64,000 nt of DNA from an uncultured cyanobacterium (lineage in GTDB: Bacteria > Cyanobacteriota > Cyanobacteriia > Cyanobacteriales > Nostocaceae), in the NCBI GenBank assembly GCA_963740315.1, contig CAVUDP010000004.1, positions 32,001 to 96,000 on the forward strand, in the 5' to 3' direction. Under the pieces are notes generated by a model. The model was not told where the DNA came from, ran no database searches, and worked only from the letters and a program-made list of their open reading frames with translations. This document shows, one piece after another, positions 40,022-50,386 of the stretch (position 1 is its first letter; every line of letters begins with the position of its first letter). Made by a program: the position numbers and the translations under genes.

Positions 40022-40405
40022 TCAAATTAGTTTGATTGGGTAAGCACGAATTGCTCGATCCGCTGTTGCGATCGCCAAATTATATTGTAAAGCCTGACAA
40101 ATAAGCATTCTATCAAAAGGATCGCGGTGTAAAGCTGGTATTTTAGCAAGTTGAATTACACTACTTTCATCTAGATTCAGATTAATAATTTGATGGTATT
40201 CGCGCTGTTTGGGAAGATAAATATCGGGAGGTTCTGGTAATGGTAATTTACCCAATTTATATTTAACAATACATTCCCAAATTTAAATAATACTTAAATA
40301 AACTTCATTGTCAGAATTAGAAATAGCATCTCTAATATCTGTTGCCAATCGATTATCACCACTGATAAACCATAAGAAAATATGCGTATCTAGAAGAATT
40401 TTCAT
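40022..40405 (-). pseudogene. vapC: PIN/VapC toxin with an in-frame premature stop
   Basis: ATG 40405 overlaps the antitoxin stop; reads MKILLDTHIFLW...VYLSII*IWE...HRDPFDRMLICQA, with TAA at 40283-40285. Confidence 0.85.
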
Positions 40406-40641
40406 TTGCCCTCAAATGCATCTAAAATATCATCTGGTAAAGGATCATCAAAATCATCAGGTACAGTAAATTCTCCTTTGCATAAACCAAATGGTCGTGG
40501 TGGCTTTTTATTCTTCGTAATTGGTTTAAGTTCGGCAATAGGCTTGTCTTCTTGCATAATAATAAAGCTTTCACCTGCTTCAACTTGATTTAGGTACTTT
40601 GAAGGGTTTTCTTGAATTTCTTGGATTGTGATTTGTTGCAT
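40402..40641 (-). CDS. Phd/YefM-type antitoxin
   Basis: YLNQVEAGESFII...PIAEL...RPFGL...VPDDFDDPLP; coupled to the PIN gene. Confidence 0.88.
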   Translation of the reverse strand: MQQITIQEIQENPSKYLNQVEAGESFIIMQEDKPIAELKPITKNKKPPRPFGLCKGEFTVPDDFDDPLPDDILDAFEGK

Positions 40642-40729
40642 TTAATTAAGTTAGGATAATTGTATAATAACCACGTTTTATTTGATTGTAAATCATTAGT
40701 TAAGTTAACTGAATAATAACTAATATCAC

Positions 40730-41361
40730 TTAATACAAACCAAATCGCTGATCTTGTTCGATTAATGATTGCATTTCCTCAACGCTTTCTTTAAGATTTG
40801 CTGCATCTACCATTCTCAGCGCTAACGATGGTAAATCATCAATAGATTCCCAATGTTCGCTTTGCCATATTTTAGAGCGCAACATACATTTAGCGCAGTG
40901 AAAAAAGGCTTCTTTTATATTAACTACAAGCGCAAAATCTGGAATTTTATTATTAATAGCCATACTTTCCCGCAAAGGTGCATCTCTGACAATCATTGCA
41001 CTACCGCTGATTCGCAAAGTTTCACCTTTACCCGGTACGAGAAAGAATAAACCAACTTTAGGATTTTCTAGTATATTTTGAAATGTATCCGCTCGACGAT
41101 TTCCCGGTCTATCGGGTATAGCAATGGTGTTATCATCAAGTATTTGCACAAATCCCGGTGGATCTCGCCTTTCGGTGATATATCCATATTTCCCCGAGCA
41201 TCTGATGAAGCGATAAATACTAAGGGTGATTTAGCAATAAAGGCGCGACAATGTTTGTCTAACTTCGGTATTGCGATATCGGTGACTCGATGGCTGGGAT
41301 ATCCCATTACTTCCCGTAGTTGTTCAACGGTGGTGATGATTTCGGAGAATTGAGTTTTCAT
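40730..41361 (-). pseudogene. Pyridoxamine 5'-phosphate oxidase-like FMN-binding protein, frameshifted
   Basis: The two ORFs (41068-41361, 40730-41149) join into ...DISPKGDPPGFVQILDDNTIAIPDRPGNRRAD if 2 nt (GA) near 41165 are removed. Confidence 0.85.
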
Positions 41362-41410
41362 GGGTGTTTTGAAGTGGAGTCATTGGCAATAATTTTTTAC
41401 AATCCTTAAC

Positions 41411-41463
41411 CCGCCAGGGAATGTAATTCCCTGTCTCATAGCTAAAGTCCTCTAAAGAGGACT
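41411..41463 (+). repeat. Double-hairpin repeat (inverted relative at 42392-42444)
   Basis: CCGCCAGGGAAT..ATTCCCTGTCTCATAGCTAAAGTCCT...AGGACT aligns with the reverse complement of 42392-42444. Confidence 0.75.
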
Positions 41464-41614
41464 AAATAAAAAATAGTTTAAACAAAAGTCTTATGTATAA
41501 AGAACATATGTATAAAAAATCCTTATGAGTAAATAGTAAACTGCTTCATTGTCAGGGGAAAGCTTTATATAGGAACACAGTTCCTAGCAGTAGTCTGTCG
41601 TCGGAAGAAGCTAT

Positions 41615-42136
41615 ATGACAATTAATGCAGTGAATTTAATCGGCTATGCAGGTAAGCATCCAGAATTACTTTATTTTCAAAGTGGTAAAGTGCTTTGTAA
41701 GTTCGACATTTGTATTGAGTCAAGTAATAGTAATGGTGAAACGGTATTAGAACATATTGATTTGGAACTTTGGAATAAAACGGCTGAAGTTGCAGCGAAA
41801 TATGTTCCTCAAGGAAGACTTATCGGAATCAATGGCTCTCTCAAGTTTTCAAATTGGAAAGATAAATTAGGGAGGTATAGACAGCAATCAGTAATTCTTG
41901 TGAGCCAGATTTATCTTCTCGGTTCTAAGCAAGATACTTTCACTAATGAACCTCCTGAAAATTTTGTTTTAACTAAAGATTTCAACGATAATGAATACGA
42001 ATATGATGACCATGATAGTTATTATCCAGAAGATAATGAATATGATAATTCAATGGATTACAGCCATTTTGATGATGATTCAATGGATTGTGGCTATTTA
42101 GTTGATATGGATGATGCATACGAACATTTATATTGA
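41615..42136 (+). CDS. SSB-like OB-fold protein with a long Asp/Tyr-rich tail
   Basis: INAVNLIGYAGKHPE...SGK...LELWNKTAEVAAKYV..GRLIGINGSL...W.DK matches cyanobacterial SSB. Confidence 0.8.
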   Translation: MTINAVNLIGYAGKHPELLYFQSGKVLCKFDICIESSNSNGETVLEHIDLELWNKTAEVAAKYVPQGRLIGINGSLKFSNWKDKLGRYRQQSVILVSQIYLLGSKQDTFTNEPPENFVLTKDFNDNEYEYDDHDSYYPEDNEYDNSMDYSHFDDDSMDCGYLVDMDDAYEHLY

Positions 42137-42460
42137 TAAATAATATATTTTTTCACCTAAAGCTTTTATCCTAAATTTTAAGAATAATAATTGTAGCCGT
42201 TAAGCGAAGCTCACCTTTATGTATAGCCATTCCTCACAATCTCTCTAATTTTTAATTGCGTTTAAATAATCAGTCCATTTCAATTCACATCTCGCACCAT
42301 TATCGTTAAACCCAAATACCTGCCTTGGAATAAATTCCTGGGCTAAGATATAAGATACAAAGTACGTTAAAACGCACCAAAAGCCTTGGACAGTCCTATT
42401 CATAGGACTTTCGCTATGAGACGGGGGTTTGCAACCCCCGGCGGTGTTGAGACAATACAA

Positions 42461-43054
42461 CTATTTCCCTCCACTCCGAATATACCCGATCGCAACAATC
42501 AAAGCATCCAACATAATTTCATAACTTTGATCGGTTGAACGTTCAAAAGTCATCATTCCCGCTTGCTCGACGCTGATAAAACCATAAATCGCAGCGTTAA
42601 CCATTCGCATCGCATCAATCAGTTGATTTTCAGTTAAATCGTAGCCCTGTATTCCCTGTTGAAACCAACCCAAGGCTTCTTTGATAACTGCATTTGCATC
42701 TGCATCTGTAGGATGCAATTGATACTGCATCATCACTTTGTAACGCGCTGGATACAACTTTGCAAAATCTCGGTTAGCCATTCCCCCGGCTTTGAATAAC
42801 TTAACAGGTTCGCTTATTCCTTGGGTTTTTTCCTGACAATAATCTAGAAAATTTCGCCAAATTGTCAAAACTACCGCTTTTCTCAATTCCGCGTTTCCAT
42901 TGAGATGTTTGTAAATCGCGGGTGGTTTTATACCTAATTCTCGCGCTACCCGATTCACTCCCAGAGCAGTTTCTCCCTCTTTATCCAAACAGGCGATCGC
43001 AGCTTCTATTACATCTTGAGGAGTTAGTGAATTTTCTTTCGTCGGACGACCCAT
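42461..43054 (-). CDS. TetR/AcrR family regulator
   Basis: N-terminal HTH GVNRVARELGIKPPAIYKH; divergent from the amidases. Confidence 0.92.
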   Translation of the reverse strand: MGRPTKENSLTPQDVIEAAIACLDKEGETALGVNRVARELGIKPPAIYKHLNGNAELRKAVVLTIWRNFLDYCQEKTQGISEPVKLFKAGGMANRDFAKLYPARYKVMMQYQLHPTDADANAVIKEALGWFQQGIQGYDLTENQLIDAMRMVNAAIYGFISVEQAGMMTFERSTDQSYEIMLDALIVAIGYIRSGGK

Positions 43055-43069
43055 ATGTTATTTTATAAT

Positions 43070-43090
43070 TTAGTTAACACAATTAACTAA
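43070..43090. promoter_or_regulatory. Putative TetR operator palindrome
   Basis: TTAGTTAA-CACAA-TTAACTAA in the short divergent spacer between tetR and the first amidase. Confidence 0.5.
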
Positions 43091-43160
43091 AACTAAATAT
43101 AATTAACTTTATTAAGGGTATCAGAAATTAGGAGAGGGCTAAAGCCCTTACTACGAACTT

Positions 43161-44639
43161 ATGAGTGATTTAGTATTTACACCTGCCCATCAACTTGCTC
43201 GAATGATAAAGGAGCGTCAGGTTTCTGCGGTTGAGGTATTGAAAGCACATTTACATCAAATATCTGGGCATAATTCTAAGTTGAATGCAATTTGTACTTT
43301 TAACGAACAAGCTCTAGAAACTGCGAAACAAGCTGACGAAGCTTTAGCCTCATGTGAAAATTGGGGATTGCTTCATGGAGTGCCGATAACAATTAAAGAT
43401 ACTTTTGAAACTGCGGGATTGCGTACTACTGCGGGTTACGAACCTCTGAAAAATTATATTCCGACAGAGGATGCAACGGCTGTGGCGCGTCTTCGTCAAG
43501 CTGGAGCAATTATCATCGGTAAAACTAGCCCCTCTCAATTAGCTGGTGACTATCAGGGAATAAACGATATATTTCCTATAGTAAATAATCCTTGGAATCT
43601 AGAATATACGCCAGGTGGTAGTACTAGCGGGGGAGCGGCAGCAGTTTCATCTGGTTTTTCATCTTTAGAATTAGCTTCTGATAACGGTGGTTCGATTCGT
43701 CATCCCGCTCATTTTTGCGGATTGTATGCACTCAAGCCGACGGATAGACGGGTTCCGACTACCGGGCATATTGGCGACACTACGAGTATGGATTTTCGCT
43801 GTATTCGCCAAATGTTTGCTGTGGGAGGGTTAGCGCGTTCTATTGAAGATTTGAGTTTGTGTATAAAAATAATTGCTGGTGCGGATGCCCGTCAACCCGA
43901 TATTCCTCCCGTACCTTTGGATGAAGCTGATGAGAAAAGTTTAGAAAATCTCAGAATTGCTTGGATTGATGAAATACCTTTATATCCAGTTGCCAGAGAA
44001 ATTAAATCTGCAATGCAAGCGGTGAGAGAAAAGCTTGTAGATGCTCGGGTTAATGTGGAAAGCTGGATACCGAAATACGATTTTGAGAAGGGCTGGGAGA
44101 TTTATTATGCTGTGGGTACTTATAACCTGATGTATACTCAACCCACCGATTTTAAAAATGTTCGCGAGCAGATGACGTTTTTATGGAGAGAAGCAAAACA
44201 GGGGGATAAATCATTACGGAAAATCAGTAAAATCCCTAATGTAGTACTACCAATATTTTTACAAAAATCCTTAAAGGGTTATTTTGAAGCTTTAACAGAA
44301 AGGGATAATTTGATTGCTCAAATGGATCGAGAATTAGAGCAATGGGATGTGTGGTTGTGCCCTGTGGCGATGACAACTGCATTTACTCATAGAGCTAAAG
44401 GTGCAGCAGTTGAAATTGATGGTAGAAAAGTTCCTTATCAGATGGCGAATGGTGCTTATGTAGTTCCTTTTAATCTTACCGGACATCCGGTTGTGGTGAT
44501 TCCGATTGGTTTTACAAAAGATGGATTACCGATTGGGATGCAAATTGTCGGTAAAAGATGGAAGGAAATGGAATTATTGAGTATTGCGCTTATGTTGGAT
44601 GAAATTGTTGGGGGTTTTAAACATCCGTCTCTATATTAA
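43161..44639 (+). CDS. Amidase signature family protein
   Basis: GVPITIKD, PGGSTSGGAAAV, SDNGGSIRHPA (Lys-Ser-Ser triad). Confidence 0.93.
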   Translation: MSDLVFTPAHQLARMIKERQVSAVEVLKAHLHQISGHNSKLNAICTFNEQALETAKQADEALASCENWGLLHGVPITIKDTFETAGLRTTAGYEPLKNYIPTEDATAVARLRQAGAIIIGKTSPSQLAGDYQGINDIFPIVNNPWNLEYTPGGSTSGGAAAVSSGFSSLELASDNGGSIRHPAHFCGLYALKPTDRRVPTTGHIGDTTSMDFRCIRQMFAVGGLARSIEDLSLCIKIIAGADARQPDIPPVPLDEADEKSLENLRIAWIDEIPLYPVAREIKSAMQAVREKLVDARVNVESWIPKYDFEKGWEIYYAVGTYNLMYTQPTDFKNVREQMTFLWREAKQGDKSLRKISKIPNVVLPIFLQKSLKGYFEALTERDNLIAQMDRELEQWDVWLCPVAMTTAFTHRAKGAAVEIDGRKVPYQMANGAYVVPFNLTGHPVVVIPIGFTKDGLPIGMQIVGKRWKEMELLSIALMLDEIVGGFKHPSLY

Positions 44640-44785
44640 TATCAAATACAATGGTATCTAAACAATCTCTCTCTTCTATTCCTCTGCGCTCTCTACGTCT
44701 AGTAAGGTTTTTTTAATCGGTAATTTTATTCCTGCCTGGAAGTAATAAGAGAGGGAACCGATGCCCTTACTACGAACCTTTATTT

Positions 44786-46258
44786 ATGAATGATTTAGTA
44801 TTTACACCCGCATATCAACTTGCTCGAATGATAAAGGAACGATCTGTTTCTGCTGTTGAGGTATTGGAAGCACATTTGAATCAGATTTCTCAATATAATT
44901 CTAAATTAAATGCAATTTGTACTTTTAATCAAAACGCTCTGGAAACTGCCAAACAAGCCGATGCAGCGTTAGCAAAAGGTGAGAATTGGGGAATACTTCA
45001 CGGAGTACCGATAACAATTAAAGATATTTTTGAAACTGAAAGACTGCGTACTACGGCAGGATATAAACCGCTCAAAGATTACATTCCGACTCGTGATGCT
45101 ACGGTAGTGGCGCGTTTGCGTGGTGCGGGTGCGATTATTTTGGGTAAAAGCAATACTGCCGAACTTGCGGGGGATTATCAAAGCGTTAACGATCTTTTCC
45201 CTGCCGTTAATAATCCTTGGAATCTAGATTGCACTGCTGGTGGTAGTTCTGGGGGAAGCGCGGCGGCTGTAGCGGCGGGCTTTTCAAGTTTGGATATAGG
45301 GAATGATGTTTCTGGTTCAATTCGTCAACCTGCTCATTTTTGCGGCGTTTTCGGCTTGAAACCGACGGATAGACGGGTATCGTCAGCCGGACAAATACCT
45401 GAAGTTCCGGGAGAGCCAAAGTGTATTCGTCAAATGCAAACGGTTGGTCCTTTGGCGCGTTGCATGGAAGATTTGCGGTTATGTTTTACACTAATTGCGG
45501 GTGCGGATATTCGGCAGCCAGATATTGCGCCGGTTCCTTTTGATACGATATCTGGTAAGTCTTTGCAAGATTTGCGAATTGCTTGGATGGATGGTTGGGA
45601 TAAACTGACTGTTGCTTCTGAGATTAAATCTGCAATGCAAACTGTAGCGAGCGATTTAACTCAAGCTGGTGTAATAGTCGAAAATTGGACACCACCGCTT
45701 AATATAGAAGAGATTTTACAATTGTGCGATCGCCTAATTGCATACAACTTCGTTTATTCCCAACCTGTGGACTTTGCGACTGCTAAAAAGAGAATTCCGA
45801 TGATATTTCGGGAAATGACGCAGGGGGATAAACAGTTAAGAGAAATTAGCAATATGGGGAATTATTTAGCTGAGTTGTTAAATCCGACTTTGAAAGGATA
45901 TTTTACAGCTTTGAGTGAGCGCGATCGCGTTATTTCTCAAATGGATAAAGCAATGGAAAATTGGGATGTGTGGTTATGTCCGGTTGCGATGACTTGTGCA
46001 TTTACACATCGTCCTATGGGTATATTTATAGATGTGGATGGAAGAAAAGTACCTTATTTATTAGCAAATGGTGCTTATACTTCATTATTTAATCTTACGG
46101 GGAATCCGGTTGTAGTAGTTCCGATTGGTTTTACAAAAGATGGATTACCGATTGGGATGCAAATTGTAGGTAAGAGATGGAAGGAAATGGAATTATTGAG
46201 TATTGCGCTTATGTTGGATGAGATTGTTGGGGGATTTCGGAATCCTAATTTGAGATAA
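44786..46258 (+). CDS. Amidase signature family protein (tandem paralog)
   Basis: GVPITIKD, AGGSSGGSAAAV, NDVSGSIRQPA. Confidence 0.93.
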   Translation: MNDLVFTPAYQLARMIKERSVSAVEVLEAHLNQISQYNSKLNAICTFNQNALETAKQADAALAKGENWGILHGVPITIKDIFETERLRTTAGYKPLKDYIPTRDATVVARLRGAGAIILGKSNTAELAGDYQSVNDLFPAVNNPWNLDCTAGGSSGGSAAAVAAGFSSLDIGNDVSGSIRQPAHFCGVFGLKPTDRRVSSAGQIPEVPGEPKCIRQMQTVGPLARCMEDLRLCFTLIAGADIRQPDIAPVPFDTISGKSLQDLRIAWMDGWDKLTVASEIKSAMQTVASDLTQAGVIVENWTPPLNIEEILQLCDRLIAYNFVYSQPVDFATAKKRIPMIFREMTQGDKQLREISNMGNYLAELLNPTLKGYFTALSERDRVISQMDKAMENWDVWLCPVAMTCAFTHRPMGIFIDVDGRKVPYLLANGAYTSLFNLTGNPVVVVPIGFTKDGLPIGMQIVGKRWKEMELLSIALMLDEIVGGFRNPNLR

Positions 46259-46276
46259 AGGAAAATAAACTTGTAT

Positions 46277-47320
46277 TTAAGCAACAATAGTTAAATGTTC
46301 GTACTCATGAATATTCATAAGTTTACCTTTTTTGTTCTTCCGAACTTTACTAATTGCACCACTACTAGTAAGGAAAACATACTTATCACTATTCTCACCT
46401 AAGTAATATCCAAAAACAGGGTTTTGACAATGGTGATTAATACGTACAACATACTCATTTATTCCCATTCTTTGTGCAAATAATTCTGCTAAATTCTGAT
46501 GAACTTCTTTAAATTCTAATTGATATTGTTTCTCTAAGATAGATTCGATTAAATAATCGTAGTCACCATCTGGATACTTTTGTTTTAAACTATCGAAAAT
46601 ATCATTATAAATAGACACATCGTCACGAATAAAAGCGATAATATCCTTCCAACTGGCAATCAAATATTCAGGATTTTCTAACATTGTGTATGTCGATTCA
46701 ATTACTTCTGGAGATGTTAATTCGGCTATTCCAAAATCAGTATTGTAAATAGTATGACAAATAGCTTCTTCGTTACGATTGATTTGGTTCTGTAGCTCGC
46801 TTTGTTCTTGTTTTGCTGCCATTTTTACAGCACTATTAGCTTCGCGTTTCTGGCGACGTTCTAAAATAGAATCAACCCGCTGACTCAATTCCGGATTAGT
46901 TAATATCATTAATTCTAAATCAAACTTATTATATAAATGCATTTGACTTGAACTTCTATAATGCGGATTACGTACATATTTGGCTGGTGTAATTCCAAAT
47001 TCCGATTGTAGCTTCTGTGTTATTCCCATTTCACGAACACTAGATAAACAAATCATCTTTGACTGTTCGGACAACTTGGATTTCTCATCACCAAACCAAC
47101 GCTGAATCAGCTTTAATATTGTATATCTTGAAGCTCGGAAGTTGGTGCTATTAATATCAGAAACTAAATCAGAATCTGTAATTGTTTCGTTCTTTACTGC
47201 TGTCTTCGCTGATGTTAATATTTCTTTATAATATTCGCGATTACCTAATTCGTCTAATGTGTCGGAATCCACTTGCTGAATTCCCAATTTAGCTAGTTTC
47301 CAAAATAATGATGATTCCAT
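46277..47320 (-). CDS. Hypothetical protein with a possible XPA C-terminal-like motif
   Basis: 347-aa ORF containing RNPHYRSSSQMHLY followed by a charged helix. Confidence 0.55.
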   Translation of the reverse strand: MESSLFWKLAKLGIQQVDSDTLDELGNREYYKEILTSAKTAVKNETITDSDLVSDINSTNFRASRYTILKLIQRWFGDEKSKLSEQSKMICLSSVREMGITQKLQSEFGITPAKYVRNPHYRSSSQMHLYNKFDLELMILTNPELSQRVDSILERRQKREANSAVKMAAKQEQSELQNQINRNEEAICHTIYNTDFGIAELTSPEVIESTYTMLENPEYLIASWKDIIAFIRDDVSIYNDIFDSLKQKYPDGDYDYLIESILEKQYQLEFKEVHQNLAELFAQRMGINEYVVRINHHCQNPVFGYYLGENSDKYVFLTSSGAISKVRKNKKGKLMNIHEYEHLTIVA

Positions 47321-47583
47321 CGTCGTGTATTCCTTGTTTTAATTGATTTGCGTTCCTACTCTTACTAGAAGTTAAACGAATAAATTCCTGACTATAAACC
47401 TCTGCACTTTTGCCATATTAGAAGTTCACCATCATCTGAATAAATTTTACTATATTGTTGGATAAATCCATTTTTTTTCAATACTCTTTGAGATGGATAG
47501 TTTGACAAGTTGGTATGAGCAATTACTGATTTGATTTCAATTTGCGAAAATGCTTCTTTGATTTAGTTATGAAATATAATCAA

Positions 47584-47640
47584 GGTTTGTAGTAAGCGCT
47601 TCAACGCTCAAAAGAAGGAGTATTGTCCTCACTACGAACC
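47584..47640 (-). repeat. Degenerate single REPIN of the RAYT family
   Basis: GGTTTGTAGTAAGCGCTTCAACGCT...GGAGTATTGTCCTCACTACGAACC resembles the reverse complement of the 63-bp unit. Confidence 0.8.
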
Positions 47641-47646
47641 TAACTA

Positions 47647-48369
47647 TTATAAAAGCGGTAATTCAATTTCCCACGCTTTGAGATTGGCTTTGCGTTGTTT
47701 CCAGTCGGGCATAATATTATCTAAAGCTTGCCAAAAGTCTTGACTATGATTGTGATGCAATAAATGAGTAAGTTCATGAGCTACGACGTATTCTAAAACT
47801 GACAAAGGTGCATCTGCTAAACGCCAATTTATATGGATGCTTCCTTTTGAGGAACAAGTTCCCCAAGCTCGTTTTTGTTGGGATAGTTTGATAGATTTAG
47901 GTTGAAGGTTGAGTTTGTTGGCGTAAATTTGAGCAAATTTTTGAATATCAAAATAAACTTGCTCGCGCTTCCAATCAATTAATGCTTGTTTTACAGTTGC
48001 TTCTTTTTCATCTTCGTTTAAATGTTGCGGTACTTGGATATCAAAGCCATTTCCATAATTTATAATTACTTTTTTTACATTGCTTGATTTAATTTTCAAG
48101 ATAAAATAACTACCCCGATACATAATTTTTGCATCATTTATATAGCGTTGGGGTAGTTTTGGCGGATATTGATGAATTGTTTCCGTAACAGCTTTGAATA
48201 ACCAGCGTTTTTTGCTATCTATAAAATTAGTAATTAGTTCTTCAGGGGTATTAGTTGGTACTACAACTTCTACCCCTTTAGGACTAACAATAATCCGCTG
48301 GCGTTTACTGCGTTTGCTGTAACGGATAGTATAAGCAATGCTGGTTTCACCAACTTGTAAAACGGGCAT
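47647..48369 (-). CDS. YgjP/DUF45 (M48-like) zinc metallopeptidase family protein
   Basis: WGTCS, INWRL, YVVAHELTHL..HNHS..FW. Confidence 0.9.
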   Translation of the reverse strand: MPVLQVGETSIAYTIRYSKRSKRQRIIVSPKGVEVVVPTNTPEELITNFIDSKKRWLFKAVTETIHQYPPKLPQRYINDAKIMYRGSYFILKIKSSNVKKVIINYGNGFDIQVPQHLNEDEKEATVKQALIDWKREQVYFDIQKFAQIYANKLNLQPKSIKLSQQKRAWGTCSSKGSIHINWRLADAPLSVLEYVVAHELTHLLHHNHSQDFWQALDNIMPDWKQRKANLKAWEIELPLL

Positions 48370-48390
48370 GAATTTGCTGTTTTGTTATTT

Positions 48391-49305
48391 TCATTGTTGG
48401 CGAAACCTGTTTAATAATTCTTCGCGAGAAAGTTGTAGTAACAGAGGTGTAAATTCTTGAGGTGATAACCCCGAAATTGGTTCGATAATTGTGCTTAATT
48501 CTCAATCTAAAGAACCAAAGCGGACTTGTAATAAGTTTTCAATCACTGTACGACGTTCTGCTGTGACTCCTCGTTGAACTCCTTTTTGTTCGGCTTCTTC
48601 TAACTGTTGTAAGTAAAGTGGTGATAATGCCATAACTAATTCCCTATCCTCTTCATCTATATTTTGGTTTTGATTTTGAGTAATTTCTAAGATGCTTCTT
48701 AAGTTTAATACTGCATCAATTGCTTTGGCACGCGATGGATTATCTGGAGGTAGTGCTTGTAATTCAACGATCGCTTGTTTTTGTACGTTTCCTTTACCCA
48801 AAAGTCGCAGCCACAATGTTTCTGGGATGCGCGGTAGTTGGTGGATAACGACAATTGCAGTTTTGGCAGATTCACCGAGAAAATATATTCCTTTTCCCCA
48901 GTTTTCTTCGTCTGGAATCGCGTTGAAACTATCCAAGATAGCAATAGAAGCGGTAGGTGTTAATATCCATACTTTGGGAAGCTCCTCTTCTACTGTAGGA
49001 ATATCATCTCTTTTATTTCCGCGTTCTATTTCAGCGATTAAATAGAACACTTTCTTCATGCAGCTACGGATTTGTGAAATCTTAACTGCATTCCTATAAG
49101 GTTCAAATAATGCTATTTTATCGGCAAGTCTCCCTAATAAACCTAATTCTATTTTATCTCTACTGGGTTGGGATGAGGGGACAAAGTAAACGTCAATTTC
49201 TCTAATTTCGGCAGGTACTTTGCGGCTAGTTTCTACATCTCCTAAAGGTTGTAATAATTCTTTAAGATAATCTTTGGCGAATTGATCGTATGGGAACCGA
49301 GTCAT
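48391..49305 (-). pseudogene. Rpn-like (PD-(D/E)XK) protein with a premature stop near the C-terminus
   Basis: MTRFPYDQFAKDYL...EIDVYF...LFEPYR; the frame continues past TGA 48502-48504 as ELSTIIEPISGLSPQEFTPLLLQLSREELLNRF to a stop at 48391. Confidence 0.7.
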
Positions 49306-49361
49306 GAAGGTTTTTAATTTTTTTTCTTTTGCTGCATAATAATTTTATAATTAATCGGGAA

Positions 49362-50378
49362 TTAAATATTTAAACCGCGAGAAGTTGTTAAATAAACGGC
49401 AAAAGTTCCCAACCAGTGACTGCCAGCGTAATGTTCGCATACCGCATTTGCTAAACCAATTTGACGATGAGTTATAGCAGCATTTTGTAGTGTTTTGATG
49501 CGTGTATCTTCATCGGGTAATCCAGAAATTATCCCTTCTATCATCCAAGCTCTACTTAAATTTAGTCCGTAGAAATGAGTTTGCATATAGTCTTCGGAAT
49601 CATCAACTTCAACGGGTTTTAACCAATCTGTATTATCAACGGGTATATCTGGGAGAAATTCGGTTAACCATTCAGCAAAAGCATTTTTTGTAAGTATTCG
49701 TCGCATTAAATCCGCTTGAGCAAGACTTGGTGAAAGAAAATCGTATCCTAACGGCTCAAATTTTAAAGAATGGTTTTGATTATTAAGATAAAATTGTTTC
49801 GCTTTATTTTCAATTAAGTTAATAAAATCGGTATTTTGCGTAATTATTGCCCAATCTAAGATTAAACCCAATCCAAAAGCAGTTTGTTTGTGCATCCCAG
49901 TGCGATCGCAAATTGTCAGTTTTTGCAGCCAGCGCTGTAAGTTATCTGCAATAAGGCTAAACAATGGTTGCAGTGCAGTTAGCCATTGTTTAGCAGCAGC
50001 ATCATCCCACTCATGCAATTCCGCAGCAAGTTGCAATAACCAAGCGACACCATAAGGAACTTCAAAGCGGGGATGACGTTTAAAATAAGCAGCTTCTCCC
50101 TCAATCTTCTCAGACGTTAAACTTTTTTCGAGAGCTTGTTTTGCTGATATACAAAAAGATGCTTCGGGGAAACAACGAGCCAAACGTGCAAGCAACCAAT
50201 GCCCGTGTACTGATGAATGCCAATCCAAACAGCCATAAAAAGCGGGAGTCAATTCGCGGGGTGGTTTTACATCTTCATCGCTATCGAGCCAATAGATATT
50301 GCTGTGGGGATACTCGCACTCGACGCAGTTTAAAACTAATTGTACAAGTTTTGATGCAGTGGTTTGATTAATTTCCAT
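49362..50378 (-). CDS. DUF2891-like protein
   Basis: PAFYGCLDWHSSVHGHW, GLNLSRAW, YAGSHWLGTFA. Confidence 0.85.
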   Translation of the reverse strand: MEINQTTASKLVQLVLNCVECEYPHSNIYWLDSDEDVKPPRELTPAFYGCLDWHSSVHGHWLLARLARCFPEASFCISAKQALEKSLTSEKIEGEAAYFKRHPRFEVPYGVAWLLQLAAELHEWDDAAAKQWLTALQPLFSLIADNLQRWLQKLTICDRTGMHKQTAFGLGLILDWAIITQNTDFINLIENKAKQFYLNNQNHSLKFEPLGYDFLSPSLAQADLMRRILTKNAFAEWLTEFLPDIPVDNTDWLKPVEVDDSEDYMQTHFYGLNLSRAWMIEGIISGLPDEDTRIKTLQNAAITHRQIGLANAVCEHYAGSHWLGTFAVYLTTSRGLNI

Positions 50379-50386
50379 AGCTCTAT

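Noticed and set aside
42245..42460. 71-aa ORF
   Set aside because: It runs through palindromic repeat DNA and has no protein-like motif.
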